The notes beneath the pieces were generated by a model that saw only the letters and a list, made by a program, of their open reading frames with translations, searched no databases and was not told the origin of the DNA. A stretch of 42,220 nt of DNA, from the IMG/VR virus record IMGVR_UViG_2061766007_000300, one strand, 5' to 3'. Made by a program: the position numbers and the translations under genes. Positions 1-10,740 of the stretch are shown here, in pieces (positions within the stretch are counted from its first letter, which is position 1; every line of letters begins with the position of its first letter). This stretch comes from an uncultured virus (IMG/VR IMGVR_UViG_2061766007_000300) (lineage: Duplodnaviria > Heunggongvirae > Uroviricota > Caudoviricetes).

Positions 1-12
1 AAATATTATTCT

Positions 13-230
13 TTAAATTTTCTCTAACCCTACCACATACTCATTTGCATTAAGTTTTATCGTTTTAACGCCCTGCGCGCTTCGAGATAGAGTAGGAACC
101 TCAGTTAGTGCAAATCGAATTTGGGATACATTAGAGGTAACGATTAAATCGGTCTCATTAGTAATTCCCTCAAACGCTACTACTTCGTCTCCTTCAACTG
201 TACCTTGGAGTTTACTTCCTTTAGTATTAC
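13..230 (-). pseudogene. Divergent second copy of the gyrA 3' end next to a scaffold gap (probably a strain variant or assembly artefact)
   Basis: NTKGSKLQGTVEGDEV...EYVVGLEKI nearly matches the C-terminus of 1365..3725; abuts the N-gap at 231-240. Confidence 0.7.
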
Positions 231-240
231 NNNNNNNNNN

Positions 241-384
241 GCCCTTAACACCAAGACCAGTCACGACGGGATTCAGATGCTTCGCGTCATTATTCAGCGC
301 AGCACAGAGCTCCTCCATACTTACGCGTCCACCATTATCACGGATATAGGAAAATACGGCATTCTGTTTTTCAGTCAACTTCAT
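241..384 (-). CDS. Small putative winged-HTH protein, truncated by the gap
   Basis: MKLTEKQNAVFSYIRDNGGRVSMEELCAALN; AGGAG RBS and sigma70-type promoter at 463-491. Confidence 0.55.
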
Positions 385-488
385 AATTGTTTTTACACTC
401 CTTAAAATATATATTGTTTTGTATTTAATAGATGACTTTCGTCATTTATTATCTTATATAATAATTATAACATAAATTTTAAATAAAA

Positions 489-1208
489 TCAAATTATAAG
501 ATATTTATTATTTAAAATATCTTTAATAGTAATTTTACTTATGTCTTTATAAGGAATTCTTATTAAATCTATCCCTTTTTCTTTTGTATATTTGTTTTTT
601 ATAGAATCAGCTTTTTGAACTTCACTTAAAGTTCTGTCAAAATAATTATCAGCAACTTTTGATATATGCTATAAACCATCAACTTCAATTAAGCGGTTGT
701 AATCTGGTAAATAGAAATCGAAACGATATGGAGTAAAATTATCTTTTATACTAACTAAATCTTTAAAAGTTTTTTCTTTCTAATAGGAAATATTATTTTC
801 TTTTAATAAAGATTCTACAATATTCTCTCCATTTGAGGACCTTTTACATCCACAAGAACTTATATTATTTCCGGTTAACTATTTACTTTTAATAATAATT
901 TCTTTACCACAGTCACATTTGCATAAATAAGCAACATGAGGACCAATATTATCTACTCTTTTTATAACAGTTAAATATCCAAATCTTTTCCCTGTTAAAT
1001 CAATCCAATTATTTTTTCCAACTGTTTTTCCATAGCAACCGCAAGACTATGTGTGCCCACTTCGTAAATACGTACCGGTAACTATAGTTTTATTACCACA
1101 ATCACAAAGACATTTCCATCTAGCTTGTCCTCTAGAGTCACTCTCTACTCTTTTAATTACAACTAAATGGCCATATCTATTTCCAGTTTCATCTATAACT
1201 TTACTCAT
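489..1208 (-). CDS. Free-standing homing-type endonuclease (CDCG/SCGC repeats plus C-terminal PD-(D/E)xK/Vsr-like domain), code 15
   Basis: 240-codon frame when TAG=Gln; WKCLCDCG, SGHT(Q)SCGC, YRFDFYL...IEVDG; paralogous to 7666..8421. Confidence 0.8.
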
Positions 1209-1364
1209 ATATAATTTCCTCCGAATGAAATTAAATAAAGGTGAGACTTGCTTTCGGACGCATTATCTCGAAAGTTAATTACTCTTTCGCTTCTCTCAAC
1301 TTTCTATAATAATTATATCACGATTTTAATAAAAATTCAAATTTTGGGGTTTATACTTTAAAAT

Positions 1365-3725
1365 TTAAATCTTTTCTAATCCTACAACATACTCGTTATT
1401 ATTTAGTTTAATAACTTTTACGCCCTGCGCGCTACGAGAAAGAGTAGGAACTTCAGCTAGCGCGAATCTAATTTGGGATACATTAGAAGTAACTATTAGG
1501 TCTACTTCTGCGCCAATGCCCTCAAATGCGATTACTTCGTCTCCTTCAACTGTACCTTGGAGTTTACTTCCTTTAGTATTACGATTAGTATATGAGAACT
1601 CAGAGATAGGAGTTTGCTTTGCCAAGCCCTTCTTCGTTACAGATATAATCGTCTTTGTCTCATTACTTAGAGGGCGCGCGCCTTGTACGTATGCACCAGC
1701 ATTTAATTTCATACATTTAATACCTTTTGCAATACGTCCAACTGCCGCCACATCATTTGTCTTAACCATAATAAAGTTTCCATCGGAAGAAAGAATACCA
1801 CAATCAGTATCGTCATTACCGAAGAAAACCGATACAATACTATCGTTATCCTCTAAATTAATCGCTCGCGCGCTATTACCACGTTTAAGGTAGTACTCGG
1901 ATAAAAGCGATTTCTTTAAGAGTCCATTTCTAGTAACAAAATAAATATTTTTATTTGTATTTTTTGCGTAGATAGCGGCGTTACAAATATTTTCATTATT
2001 TATCGTAGTCACATATTGGGAAATATAAGTTTTCTCGTTAATCGGGAGGTCACTAAGTTTTACTTGGAAGAAGTTCCCACGATTAGAGAAGAATAGTGCA
2101 ACGTCGGTTGTATCTCCGATTTCTGTCCCAACTACATATTCTCCTTTTTCTAGCTTAAGTTTTGTACCTACTCCGCCACGTCTTTGAGAGTATAGAGTTG
2201 AACTTTCGGTTACGAAAATTCCGCCTTTATTTGTAAAACTAAGAATAAGATTTCTAACTTCTGTAGGTTCTTCTTCGCTTTCGGTTGAGATATTTAGAAT
2301 TTTAGTGCGGCGCGCATCACCGAATTTAGCCGCTACATCTTTCCATCCTTTAATAAGTTCATTATTAAATAGAATTTCGTCGCCTAAAATTTGTTCGAGC
2401 GCACTAATTTTTTCAAGTAAGTCATTTTTTTCGCCGTACAGCTTAGTTACCTCCAGATGGGCTAATCGGCTCAATCGGAGTTCGAGTACTGCTTTCGCTT
2501 GGTCAGCATCAAGAAGAAATTCCTTTTGAAGTCGCGCACTAGCTTCTGCGGTAGAACTCGACGTCTTAACTACTTCGACTACTTCTTCAATACGAGCAAT
2601 ACAAACTAGAAGTCCATCGATAATATGGACGCGGAACTTCATCTTATTCAGATCATGTTCAAAACCACGACGATATACAACCTTCTCGTGGTCAATGTGC
2701 GCTTGAAGTGCCTCGCGCCATGTAAACACTTTAGGATATTTACCACCATCAAGCATAGTAAGGTTAATACCATAGTAATACTGGAGCGAAGTATTTTTAT
2801 ATAAATACTTTAATACCTTATCTGGATTTGCTTTCTTTGTAAGATAAATCTTAATCAACGGTGTCGCGCCAGTTAAGTCATTAAAGCGTTCAATTCCAGG
2901 GTTGTCTTCTGATTCTATGAGTTCTTCAAGCTGTTTACAAATAGTATTTGTATAAACAGAATAAGGAATTTCTTTTACTACAAAGCATCTTTCAGCCGCA
3001 TCAAATTCAACAACACTTCTCAACTTACAAGCTGGTCCATTACCAACACGCAGGCTTTCCTTTACTTCATCTGCATTAAGCAAAATTGCACCAGTGGCAA
3101 AGTCGGGCGCGCAGTAAATATCATCAAAATCGCAGTCCGGATTTTGAATAAGATTAATAAGTGCATTATTAAGTTCTTTTAGATTAAACTGCGGGATAGA
3201 ACTTGCAAGACCTACTGCGATACCGCTTGTACCATTGCAAAGATTATAGAATCCTTTTGATGGAAGAACTGCGGGGTATTGTTTAGTATTATCATAGCTA
3301 TCGCGCCACTCTGTAATAGTATCTTTATCAATATCTGTAAAAAGAATATTAGAAAGTGCGGACAGACGACTTTCTGTATAACGCATAGCAGCCCAGTTAC
3401 CACTTTCAATAAGAGAGCCAGAGTTACCCTTTACATCTACGAGTGGATAGCGCATAGCGAATCTTTGTCCGGCGCGCATAATAATTCCTTCACAGCTTGA
3501 ATCGCCATGAATATAGAAATCTGCCATAGCCATACCAACAGCATTGGCGGTTTTCTTATAAGGATTATTATGGGTAAGTTTATGAAGAAGCATTGAATAA
3601 AATATTTGGCGCGCAGAAGGCTTGAGTCCATCGCGCGCGTCAACAAGTGCGCGAGACTGAATTACCATGCCCGCGTATTGTGCAAAAGATTCTTTTATTA
3701 TATTATTTAATTCACTCATTTTCAT
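1365..3725 (-). CDS. gyrA: Type IIA topoisomerase/DNA gyrase subunit A
   Basis: DARDGLKP, YIHGDSS, AAMRYTE catalytic Tyr, GyrA-box QRRGGVG, C-terminal pinwheel repeats. Confidence 0.95.
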   Translation of the reverse strand: MKMSELNNIIKESFAQYAGMVIQSRALVDARDGLKPSARQIFYSMLLHKLTHNNPYKKTANAVGMAMADFYIHGDSSCEGIIMRAGQRFAMRYPLVDVKGNSGSLIESGNWAAMRYTESRLSALSNILFTDIDKDTITEWRDSYDNTKQYPAVLPSKGFYNLCNGTSGIAVGLASSIPQFNLKELNNALINLIQNPDCDFDDIYCAPDFATGAILLNADEVKESLRVGNGPACKLRSVVEFDAAERCFVVKEIPYSVYTNTICKQLEELIESEDNPGIERFNDLTGATPLIKIYLTKKANPDKVLKYLYKNTSLQYYYGINLTMLDGGKYPKVFTWREALQAHIDHEKVVYRRGFEHDLNKMKFRVHIIDGLLVCIARIEEVVEVVKTSSSTAEASARLQKEFLLDADQAKAVLELRLSRLAHLEVTKLYGEKNDLLEKISALEQILGDEILFNNELIKGWKDVAAKFGDARRTKILNISTESEEEPTEVRNLILSFTNKGGIFVTESSTLYSQRRGGVGTKLKLEKGEYVVGTEIGDTTDVALFFSNRGNFFQVKLSDLPINEKTYISQYVTTINNENICNAAIYAKNTNKNIYFVTRNGLLKKSLLSEYYLKRGNSARAINLEDNDSIVSVFFGNDDTDCGILSSDGNFIMVKTNDVAAVGRIAKGIKCMKLNAGAYVQGARPLSNETKTIISVTKKGLAKQTPISEFSYTNRNTKGSKLQGTVEGDEVIAFEGIGAEVDLIVTSNVSQIRFALAEVPTLSRSAQGVKVIKLNNNEYVVGLEKI

Positions 3726-3912
3726 ACCTTACCATAATTAATCCGTAAGATGGTGGAAGTAGGCCAATTTCATATATTTCTTCAGTAGTTAAAATTTTTA
3801 AAAAAGAATAACTATATAATTTTTCTTTTAAAAAGGTCCAAATATCTACTGTAAAAATATCACCTTTCTTAAATTTATAAGTTAAACTTTCTTTATTATT
3901 TAATTCACTCAT
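3712..3912 (-). CDS. Hypothetical protein whose N-terminus MSELNN duplicates that of GyrA
   Basis: 66-aa ORF overlapping both neighbouring genes. Confidence 0.6.
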   Translation of the reverse strand: MSELNNKESLTYKFKKGDIFTVDIWTFLKEKLYSYSFLKILTTEEIYEIGLLPPSYGLIMVRYENE

Positions 3913-4352
3913 TCTTCTTCGTCCTCTTCGTCATCATTCCATTCCCACTCATCCTCTTCTACATAATATACGCCTACTGCTTCTTCATCATATTCTTTAA
4001 AAGGCATACCGTATTTACATTCCCAAGGAGTTCCAGGGTATACAAAATCATTATATTTTTTTGTATATGTAGTTACTGTATTCTCACCTTTATAATGAGT
4101 AATAATATCATAATTATATTCTTCGTCAGTTAAAAGTTCTGGTAAATTCTCTTCTACCCATTTCTTTGGTGCAGCGATACACCAATTAACAGACATATCA
4201 ATATTACCAGTTACTACAACAAGTTTATTTTCTTTAACCCAATTTTCATTACTAAATTTATGAGAATTTATTAATTCTTCATATTTATCTCCAATAGGAT
4301 AATCTCTACCGCTGAACCAATTATTAAAAGAAAAATAAATTATATTATCCAT
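3909..4352 (-). CDS. Hypothetical protein with acidic C-terminus
   Basis: 147-aa ORF with GAGG RBS. Confidence 0.75.
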   Translation of the reverse strand: MDNIIYFSFNNWFSGRDYPIGDKYEELINSHKFSNENWVKENKLVVVTGNIDMSVNWCIAAPKKWVEENLPELLTDEEYNYDIITHYKGENTVTTYTKKYNDFVYPGTPWECKYGMPFKEYDEEAVGVYYVEEDEWEWNDDEEDEEE

Positions 4353-4527
4353 TTTTTGGTTTCCTCACTTTTACACCTTCATAAAATCCTTTTAAATAAT
4401 CATAATCTAATTCAAATTGATTTTGTTCACAAAATATACCATCATAAAAACCCCTTAAAAAACTATAAGTTGGTTCTATCAGTCTAAGTGGTTGTTGATT
4501 AATTTTATTTAAAAGTTCTCTTGTTTC

Positions 4528-4713
4528 TTACCCAGTTTTTTCCTATAATTGCTTAATTGCATTTACAGCATCTTTGCCGAGCTGTTGAACATCACATCTA
4601 TATTTATCTTCATAAGGTGTATTTATACAATACGGGCAATCTTTTTTATCACAATAATGATATATTATATTATGACCTTTGCAGAGTAATTTATCAATCA
4701 AATATTCATTCAT
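4528..4713 (-). CDS. Small Cys-containing hypothetical protein, code 15
   Basis: ATG overlaps the gyrB stop; 62 codons with one TAG. Confidence 0.4.
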
Positions 4714-5090
4714 TCTGTAATCTCCGAAAAATCAATATTATTAAAAATAAATTCTTTTCTTGGTTTTACATCTTCGCCCATCAAATCATAAAGAATACCA
4801 AGCGCGTCATCGCTATATTCCATAGCTTCCATACGCTGGTACTGTTCAGTAAACATAGATGCTCGTGCGGTTTCAGCCGGCAATTCACCGAGACCTTTCG
4901 CGCGCGTTACTTCACCTTTAATCTTACCGCGCACAGCGTTAAACTCCGCGTCATCAAAATAGTAACTTTCTTGCTTACCATTATTAACAATATAAAGTGG
5001 TGAGCGCAACCAGCACAGACGACCTTCTTTAATAAACTGCGGCGCAAGATAAGTCAGTGCAGCCATAATTAGAAGTCCAATATGGTATCC
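4710..5090 (-). CDS. gyrB: Gyrase/topo II subunit B, exon 2
   Basis: GYHIGLLIM...SPLY...RAKGLGE...LMGEDVKPRKEFI; continues the TOPRIM motif TDADSD|GYHI. Confidence 0.93.
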   Translation of the reverse strand, partial: GYHIGLLIMAALTYLAPQFIKEGRLCWLRSPLYIVNNGKQESYYFDDAEFNAVRGKIKGEVTRAKGLGELPAETARASMFTEQYQRMEAMEYSDDALGILYDLMGEDVKPRKEFIFNNIDFSEITE

Positions 5091-6215
5091 CAACGTAATC
5101 CAATGTTTCCATTGGCGCAGACTATATGTTACTCACTTGTGTGAGAATACTCTTTCCACCTACGTACCAATAGTAAGTGTACTCTCCTTCCGGGAGATAG
5201 TCGTTACAGGCTTCATTTATTAACCCAAATGCCTTGTTTTTTCTTATATATTGGAAGGTCTTTATAGGTGCGGCCCCACAATATTTGTTGTAATGTTTGA
5301 TAATTACATCNNNNNNNNNNGTCTTTTGTTTTTTCTTGTATATTGGGAGGTTTTTATAGGTGCGGCCCCACAATATTTGTTGTAATGTTTGATAATTACA
5401 TCTATCTTTATAATCATTATAGATACTGCGCGCATCTTCGTTTACATATCGTTCGCGCATTTTAATTACTTCTTCTGAAGTAAATTTTGCTATTTCAGAT
5501 TTACTGCCATCAGTTGCATGGAACTTATAATAGTTTAGATTTTCTTCGGTATAAACTTCTGGTTTGATTTCTTTCCAAGTTGTTCCGTCCCAAATACTTG
5601 CGAAAGTATCAAAACTAACTTTATCTTCAAATTGCTTATAAACTTCTTTTCGACGCATATGCTCATCATAGCATTCTCTTATATAAGCAACATCTTGATT
5701 TGTTAATTTAGTTCTACCGTTATTTTCTCCTCTATTATTGCCGCCACCAGCGCTACAATTATAACCAATTCCTTTAAATGTATTATAATATGCTATCCAA
5801 TAAATTTCTTTCTCATCGAGTTCTTCTAATTTACATTCTTCGATGATTTCAAATTTAAAGGCATCTGCGCCGTATTTCTAAATAGCAATTTCTATTGGTA
5901 TATCTTTTTTAGTTTTATGTTCTTGGAAACGTCTTTCTATATTGTTACTTTGTCCAATATAAGACTTTCCATTACTGATTTTTGTTATTTTATAAATGCC
6001 TATCATTGCGGCACCTCCACAATTTAGTAGGCTTGGGTTAATTCTGATTCCCACGGGATCTGCGTGCCCGCAAAGGGTTTAGCTTCTCTTACCACCATAA
6101 TCTTTCGATTTAGTTGCCCGTTAGCCTCTATATATAAGTAGAATATGTAAACCATCACTACAAATTTTTGAGACCCCGTTGGTTAACGGAAAAGTATTTA
6201 CAGACAGTTTTATTT
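5091..6215 (-). mobile_element. Group I intron in gyrB
   Basis: Exon 1 ends in U (GAU), intron ends in G; P7 elements ACGACUA and AUAUAGUC near the 3' end; splicing restores DADSDGYHI in frame. Confidence 0.9.
5213..6006 (-). CDS. Intron-encoded GIY-YIG homing endonuclease, code 15; 3' end duplicated across the gap at 5311-5320
   Basis: MIGIYKITKISNGKSYIGQS; in-frame TAG in IAI(Q)KYG; late-promoter motif at 6133-6140. Confidence 0.85.
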
Positions 6216-7685
6216 ATCTGAGTCAGCGTCGGTACAGATGGCTAGCCGTCCGTACCGCAACTTATTCTTGTCGTATTTCCCTGGCACAATATTCATCGCA
6301 CTCAAAAGAAGTTTAATTTCTTCGTTCTCAAAAATCTTTTCTTCGGGATTTGACAAGCAATTAATAATCTTACCCCTAATTGCTAAGATACCATACTTCT
6401 TGTAATCACGTGCCTGAGCCATACCGCCCATAGCACTATTACCTTCAACAATAAGAAGAGTTGAGTCTTGTCCAAGAAACTCCGCATCCTTTAACTTATC
6501 AGATGCAAAAACCTTTTTCTTTTGATTCTTTTCGATTTCCTTTGAAGCATTAAGAACTTGCTGGCGCGCCTTCTCCGCCGCAGCTTCCGCGCGAGCTACC
6601 TTCTGGAGTAATTCAACTACTTGGTCAAAATCAGCGCGCCGCTTTATATAAAAATCTTTAAGGGCGTTTGTTATTGCTGCTGATGTTGCAGTACGCGCCT
6701 CTGGATTGGCAAGAGCTGTCTTTTGTTGGTTTGTAAATTGACCCATTCGTACTTTAACACTTACAAATCCGTCCAATACATTACGAATAGTTTCACCTTC
6801 ATACTTTTCTTTACTTAAACTATTAAAAGTTTTAGTAAGAGAAGTTTTAAAACCACTTATAAAAGCGCCGCCGTCTGGCATAAACAAATTATTTGCGTAA
6901 CCACGAATTTGGCCGTTTTTACTTACCCATTGAAGTGCAAGTTCAACTTTACAATCATCTGTTTCATATTGATATGAAAATGGTGCGGATAATCTATTTT
7001 CTTTAGACAACCCATCTATAAGACCGCTTTGAGAATAAAACTCTTCTTGCGCGTCGTCAACATTTAAAATAATATGTAGTCCTGTAGAGAACATTGCCAT
7101 TTCTTTAAGTGTCGCGCGCAAAGCATCTATATCAATGAATATATCTCCATACACACGTGCATCTGGTTTATATTGAATCAATGTACCAGTTTCATCATTA
7201 CCGGGATGCTCTTTTACATCACAATCAGCATGCGCGCCCTCTTCGTCAGAGTGGAAGGACTGGAAGTATATTTTATTATCACGATATACTTCTACTGATA
7301 ACCACTCGGCTGTATGACAAACAATTTTATTACCCTCGCCGTTAATACCTACCGCGCTAGAATATACACCTTCTGTATGCTTACCACCTGAGTGTGGAAT
7401 AAGAAAAGCAGCAGTAAGTGAATTGATACCATCATCACGAATACCAACTGGAATACCGCGCATATTATCTTGCACCCAAATTTCTCTATTTTTAGTATCT
7501 AATTTAATAATTAATTTAGGATTTTTAGGTTTATATACTTCATACTCGTCTTGAACATTTACAATAAGTTCGCGCAATCCGAGATTAATAGCTTCTTGAC
7601 GGTCTGCAGAGAGATACATTCCTATCTTTTCTCGGAACGCGCGCCCTGCGGATAGAGAAACTATATCATTCGCCGTATAATTCAC
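6216..7685 (-). CDS. gyrB: Gyrase/topo II subunit B, exon 1
   Basis: GTG start after GGAGG; GHKL motifs (ELIVN, DNMRGIP, HSGGK), TOPRIM VEGNSA, IRGKIIN, ICTDADSD. Confidence 0.93.
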
Positions 7686-8421
7686 GAGTGATTTCCTCCA
7701 ATCTTTCTTCAATATCTTCTAAATAAGTTATATAATATAGTTTTATATTATTTTTTTGACAATAATCAAATTTTTCTTTATCACGCCTTTGTCTTTCAAT
7801 AAAAGATTCTTCTGTATTCCAACTATCTACTCTCCATTTAAAATGAATATCACCTTGGTATTCTATTAAACCTAATAAATCATTATTTTCATTAAATAAG
7901 GCAAAATCAAATTGATAAGGTTTTGTTATACAAATAAAATCTTTAAATGAATACTCACTTTCATATTTATAATGATGGCTATTTAACCATTTAGTAATAG
8001 TTACATTGCCTACTGAATTAATACAACCACAAGATTTAGTATCTCCAAAATTTAAATATTGATGTTGTACTTCACATACATTACCACAGTCGCACTGACA
8101 TTTCCAAAGGCGTCTTCTTTTTCCGTTCGCTCCAGTAATGAAACCGGCTTCTTCTAAAACTACTAACTTACCAAATCTTAACCCTGTTAAATCTCCGCCT
8201 CTTTGTAGATTAGATTGAATTGCCCTTTCTTTTTGATAGCAACCGCAAGATTTGGTATTACCAGAGCGTAAATGTTTTCCTAATACTATAACTTCATTAC
8301 CACAATCACATTTACATTTCCACATGGCACGTCCGTCTTTACTATTCGGTGCACGCTCTATTACGGTTAAATACCCATATTTATTACCAATTTCATTTTT
8401 TAAACTAGACATATTCATCAC
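7666..8421 (-). CDS. Free-standing homing-type endonuclease (CDCG repeats plus PD-(D/E)xK-like domain)
   Basis: Two WKCxCDCG...KSCGC modules, FDFAL...IEYQG; late-promoter motif at 8428-8435; overlaps the gyrB start. Confidence 0.85.
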   Translation of the reverse strand: MMNMSSLKNEIGNKYGYLTVIERAPNSKDGRAMWKCKCDCGNEVIVLGKHLRSGNTKSCGCYQKERAIQSNLQRGGDLTGLRFGKLVVLEEAGFITGANGKRRRLWKCQCDCGNVCEVQHQYLNFGDTKSCGCINSVGNVTITKWLNSHHYKYESEYSFKDFICITKPYQFDFALFNENNDLLGLIEYQGDIHFKWRVDSWNTEESFIERQRRDKEKFDYCQKNNIKLYYITYLEDIEERLEEITRELYGE

Positions 8422-8475
8422 CTCATATATAAGTAGAACTGGCTTAAATGGGATATATAAATTTAGTCCAGTTTT

Positions 8476-8649
8476 TTAATATCTCTCTATTTTTATAATT
8501 TCTCTTTTTCCATTTTCATAAACTTTTATAGTTTTTTCGGTAACATAACGAAAGCCATAACTAATTTCACGATAAATAATGTATGGTGATGATTTTACTT
8601 TTTTAAGTGGATTAAACTCTGAATTATTTATTCCATAATTATTATTCAT
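8476..8649 (-). CDS. Small hypothetical protein
   Basis: 58 codons, GAGG RBS, overlaps the upstream gene. Confidence 0.45.
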   Translation of the reverse strand: MNNNYGINNSEFNPLKKVKSSPYIIYREISYGFRYVTEKTIKVYENGKREIIKIERY

Positions 8650-9025
8650 TTTTTTCCTCTTCTTCTAAATTAGCTAAATGAATTAATAATCCTTTACATT
8701 TATAACCATTCTCTGCTAAATATTTTTTATATTCTTCATAATATATTTTATCAAGATAATATTCATGATTATACAAATCCTATAAAGCGCACAAAGCTAT
8801 AAATTTCCATTTATCTAATTCATCTATTTTAGCTATTTCTTCATAGCTATGAAAATCAAATCCCTCTGCGCAACTAGTACATCTATAATTACCAAATTTT
8901 GGCTCTATTTTAATTTTAGAATTAAAAAGTAAATCGGTTGGATTTGACTCTCTTACTAACTAATTTACATCTATATTATTATAATCTAATTGTTTTCTTT
9001 TGGGTGGGCTACCAAATATTTTCAT
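8642..9025 (-). CDS. Hypothetical protein, code 15
   Basis: 128-codon frame with TAG=Gln; ATGA overlap with the upstream gene. Confidence 0.6.
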
Positions 9026-9228
9026 TTTAACTTCTCCAATATCTAATCTAACTTATTAATTATATCTTCATTCTCTTTATGGAGTTTTTCTATTTCTTGC
9101 ACTAATCCAATTATAATTTTTTTAATAAATTCTTCGTATTTCTAATCTTTATCTAAATTTTCTATCTATGCGAAGAATCCCATAAGAGTTATTACATCTA
9201 AAAAATCAAACTATTGATTTTCGTTCAT
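9022..9228 (-). CDS. Small coiled-coil hypothetical protein, code 15
   Basis: 69 codons with several in-frame TAG; fills the gap between neighbours. Confidence 0.55.
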
Positions 9229-9700
9229 TTTCTTTTTTCCTCTCCTTAAGAAATTCTTTTAATTCTTTTTGTTCTTTTTCAAATTCTTTAGAAAGATAAA
9301 TTGCATACGCACTTTTAATATTACTCCAATCTTTTTCAGTAATGCCTCCGCGTAGAAACTTCTCAAAAAGATTATAATAACAAATTTTCATATAATCTTT
9401 ATCCATCCAACCTTTATAAATTTCTTCGATTGGAAAAATAGTATAATCCTTACAAATACTACAAATCTTATCCCAAACTTTATCCATAGTACGATAGCCT
9501 CTTCTGCTCATTTCTGCGCGAACGGCAGCCGCGTATGTAATAAAATAGGAAAGCGGATATTCAATAACTGGATTTACTAATATATGATTAGGAGTACCTT
9601 TAATATTGATATTACCTGCGATACTAGAAAGTTCTCTCCATTGAGCTACTAATTGCTCGCGTGGTAATGCAGTAATAAGGTCTTTGTGCCACATTCTCAT
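9206..9700 (-). CDS. Pyrimidine-dimer DNA glycosylase (DenV/endonuclease V-like family)
   Basis: MRMWHKDLITALPREQLVAQWRE...EMSRRGY family pattern; sigma70-type promoter at 9731-9759. Confidence 0.8.
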   Translation of the reverse strand: MRMWHKDLITALPREQLVAQWRELSSIAGNINIKGTPNHILVNPVIEYPLSYFITYAAAVRAEMSRRGYRTMDKVWDKICSICKDYTIFPIEEIYKGWMDKDYMKICYYNLFEKFLRGGITEKDWSNIKSAYAIYLSKEFEKEQKELKEFLKERKKENERKSIV

Positions 9701-9863
9701 AAAAAATCTACTCCTTCCTATTCTATAATTATTATACCATAATTTTAATAAAAAGTCAAATTATAAATTATAATTATAACTTAAACTTATAGAGCGCGCG
9801 ATGTAAAAATCTACTTAATATTAGTAGGATTATGTCCTAAATTTTTATATGAGGTATATAATA

Positions 9864-10352
9864 ATGAGAATTAGAAATATTTGCGAGTATGTACTTAATA
9901 CTCCGGAGAGTATTAATATTAATGTTCTTAAGTAGATGATAACCCAGTATGGAGAAAGCGTTCAAAATGAGTTATCTTCTTATACTCTTGATGTAAATAT
10001 TAACGCTAATACTGATTTACTTGGAAAGAAAATTGGAGATTTACAAAAAGACGTATTTATTGACGATGGAAAGTTTTATGGAAAACTTTATTATGTAACT
10101 AATTATACTGGATTTTCTGGTGACCCTTCTGAGCAGAATGGATATTATATTTGCTTCCATGTTGCATGTGACGGCGCAGATTATATAAAAGTGAATGGAG
10201 TTACACTTGATGAAGATGGTATTCATATTATTATTATTCGAAATATAAATAAAGAAAATAAAGCAACCATCGAAATTAAAAAGAGTAGTAATATCTACAC
10301 TGATGAAATTAGTTTTGGCGGACTTAAATTTATTGGAAAGAAAGAAGCATAA
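9864..10352 (+). CDS. Hypothetical late (possibly virion) protein, code 15
   Basis: GAGGT RBS, ATG at 9864 reading through TAG into the ORF at 9936; TACTTA late motif at 9812. Confidence 0.7.
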
Positions 10353-10362
10353 ATTAATAATT

Positions 10363-10391
10363 AAAAAGAGAGGTTAATACCTCTCTTTTTT
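10363..10391. terminator. Bidirectional intrinsic terminator
   Basis: AAAAAGAGAGGT-taat-ACCTCTCTTTTT between convergent genes. Confidence 0.85.
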
Positions 10392-10543
10392 ATATCTCAT
10401 AATTTGGTGGAACGAAGTTATCCGCCCTTACCCACTTCCAATTATCTTTATACCACATAAGGAACATAAGTTGGTTATAATATTCATCGTATCTTACGTC
10501 TAAAACTTGGTAGATACCGTGGTCGCCATATTTATATTTAACT

Positions 10544-10738
10544 TTAAACATTAAAATCTCCTAATACTTGATTTTTATCTACTCCACAAATATAATCTAA
10601 ACTATCTTCATTATAAATTATAAAACCACGGCATACTGCACGCGTTCCTCTATCATACCACCCAATCAAGCTAATGGTTATTCCATTTTCTTGTGTTTTC
10701 ATTAAAGGTTCTTTAAACCACGTAAATTTATTTTCCAT
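10544..10738 (-). CDS. Small hypothetical protein
   Basis: 65 codons directly after the helicase stop. Confidence 0.5.
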   Translation of the reverse strand: MENKFTWFKEPLMKTQENGITISLIGWYDRGTRAVCRGFIIYNEDSLDYICGVDKNQVLGDFNV

Positions 10739-10740
10739 TC

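Noticed and set aside
13..230. True tandem duplication or variable cassette of the gyrA C-terminus
   Set aside because: It abuts a 10-N gap, and similar divergent duplicates flank the gaps at 5311 and 32343, so strain heterogeneity in the assembly is the simpler explanation
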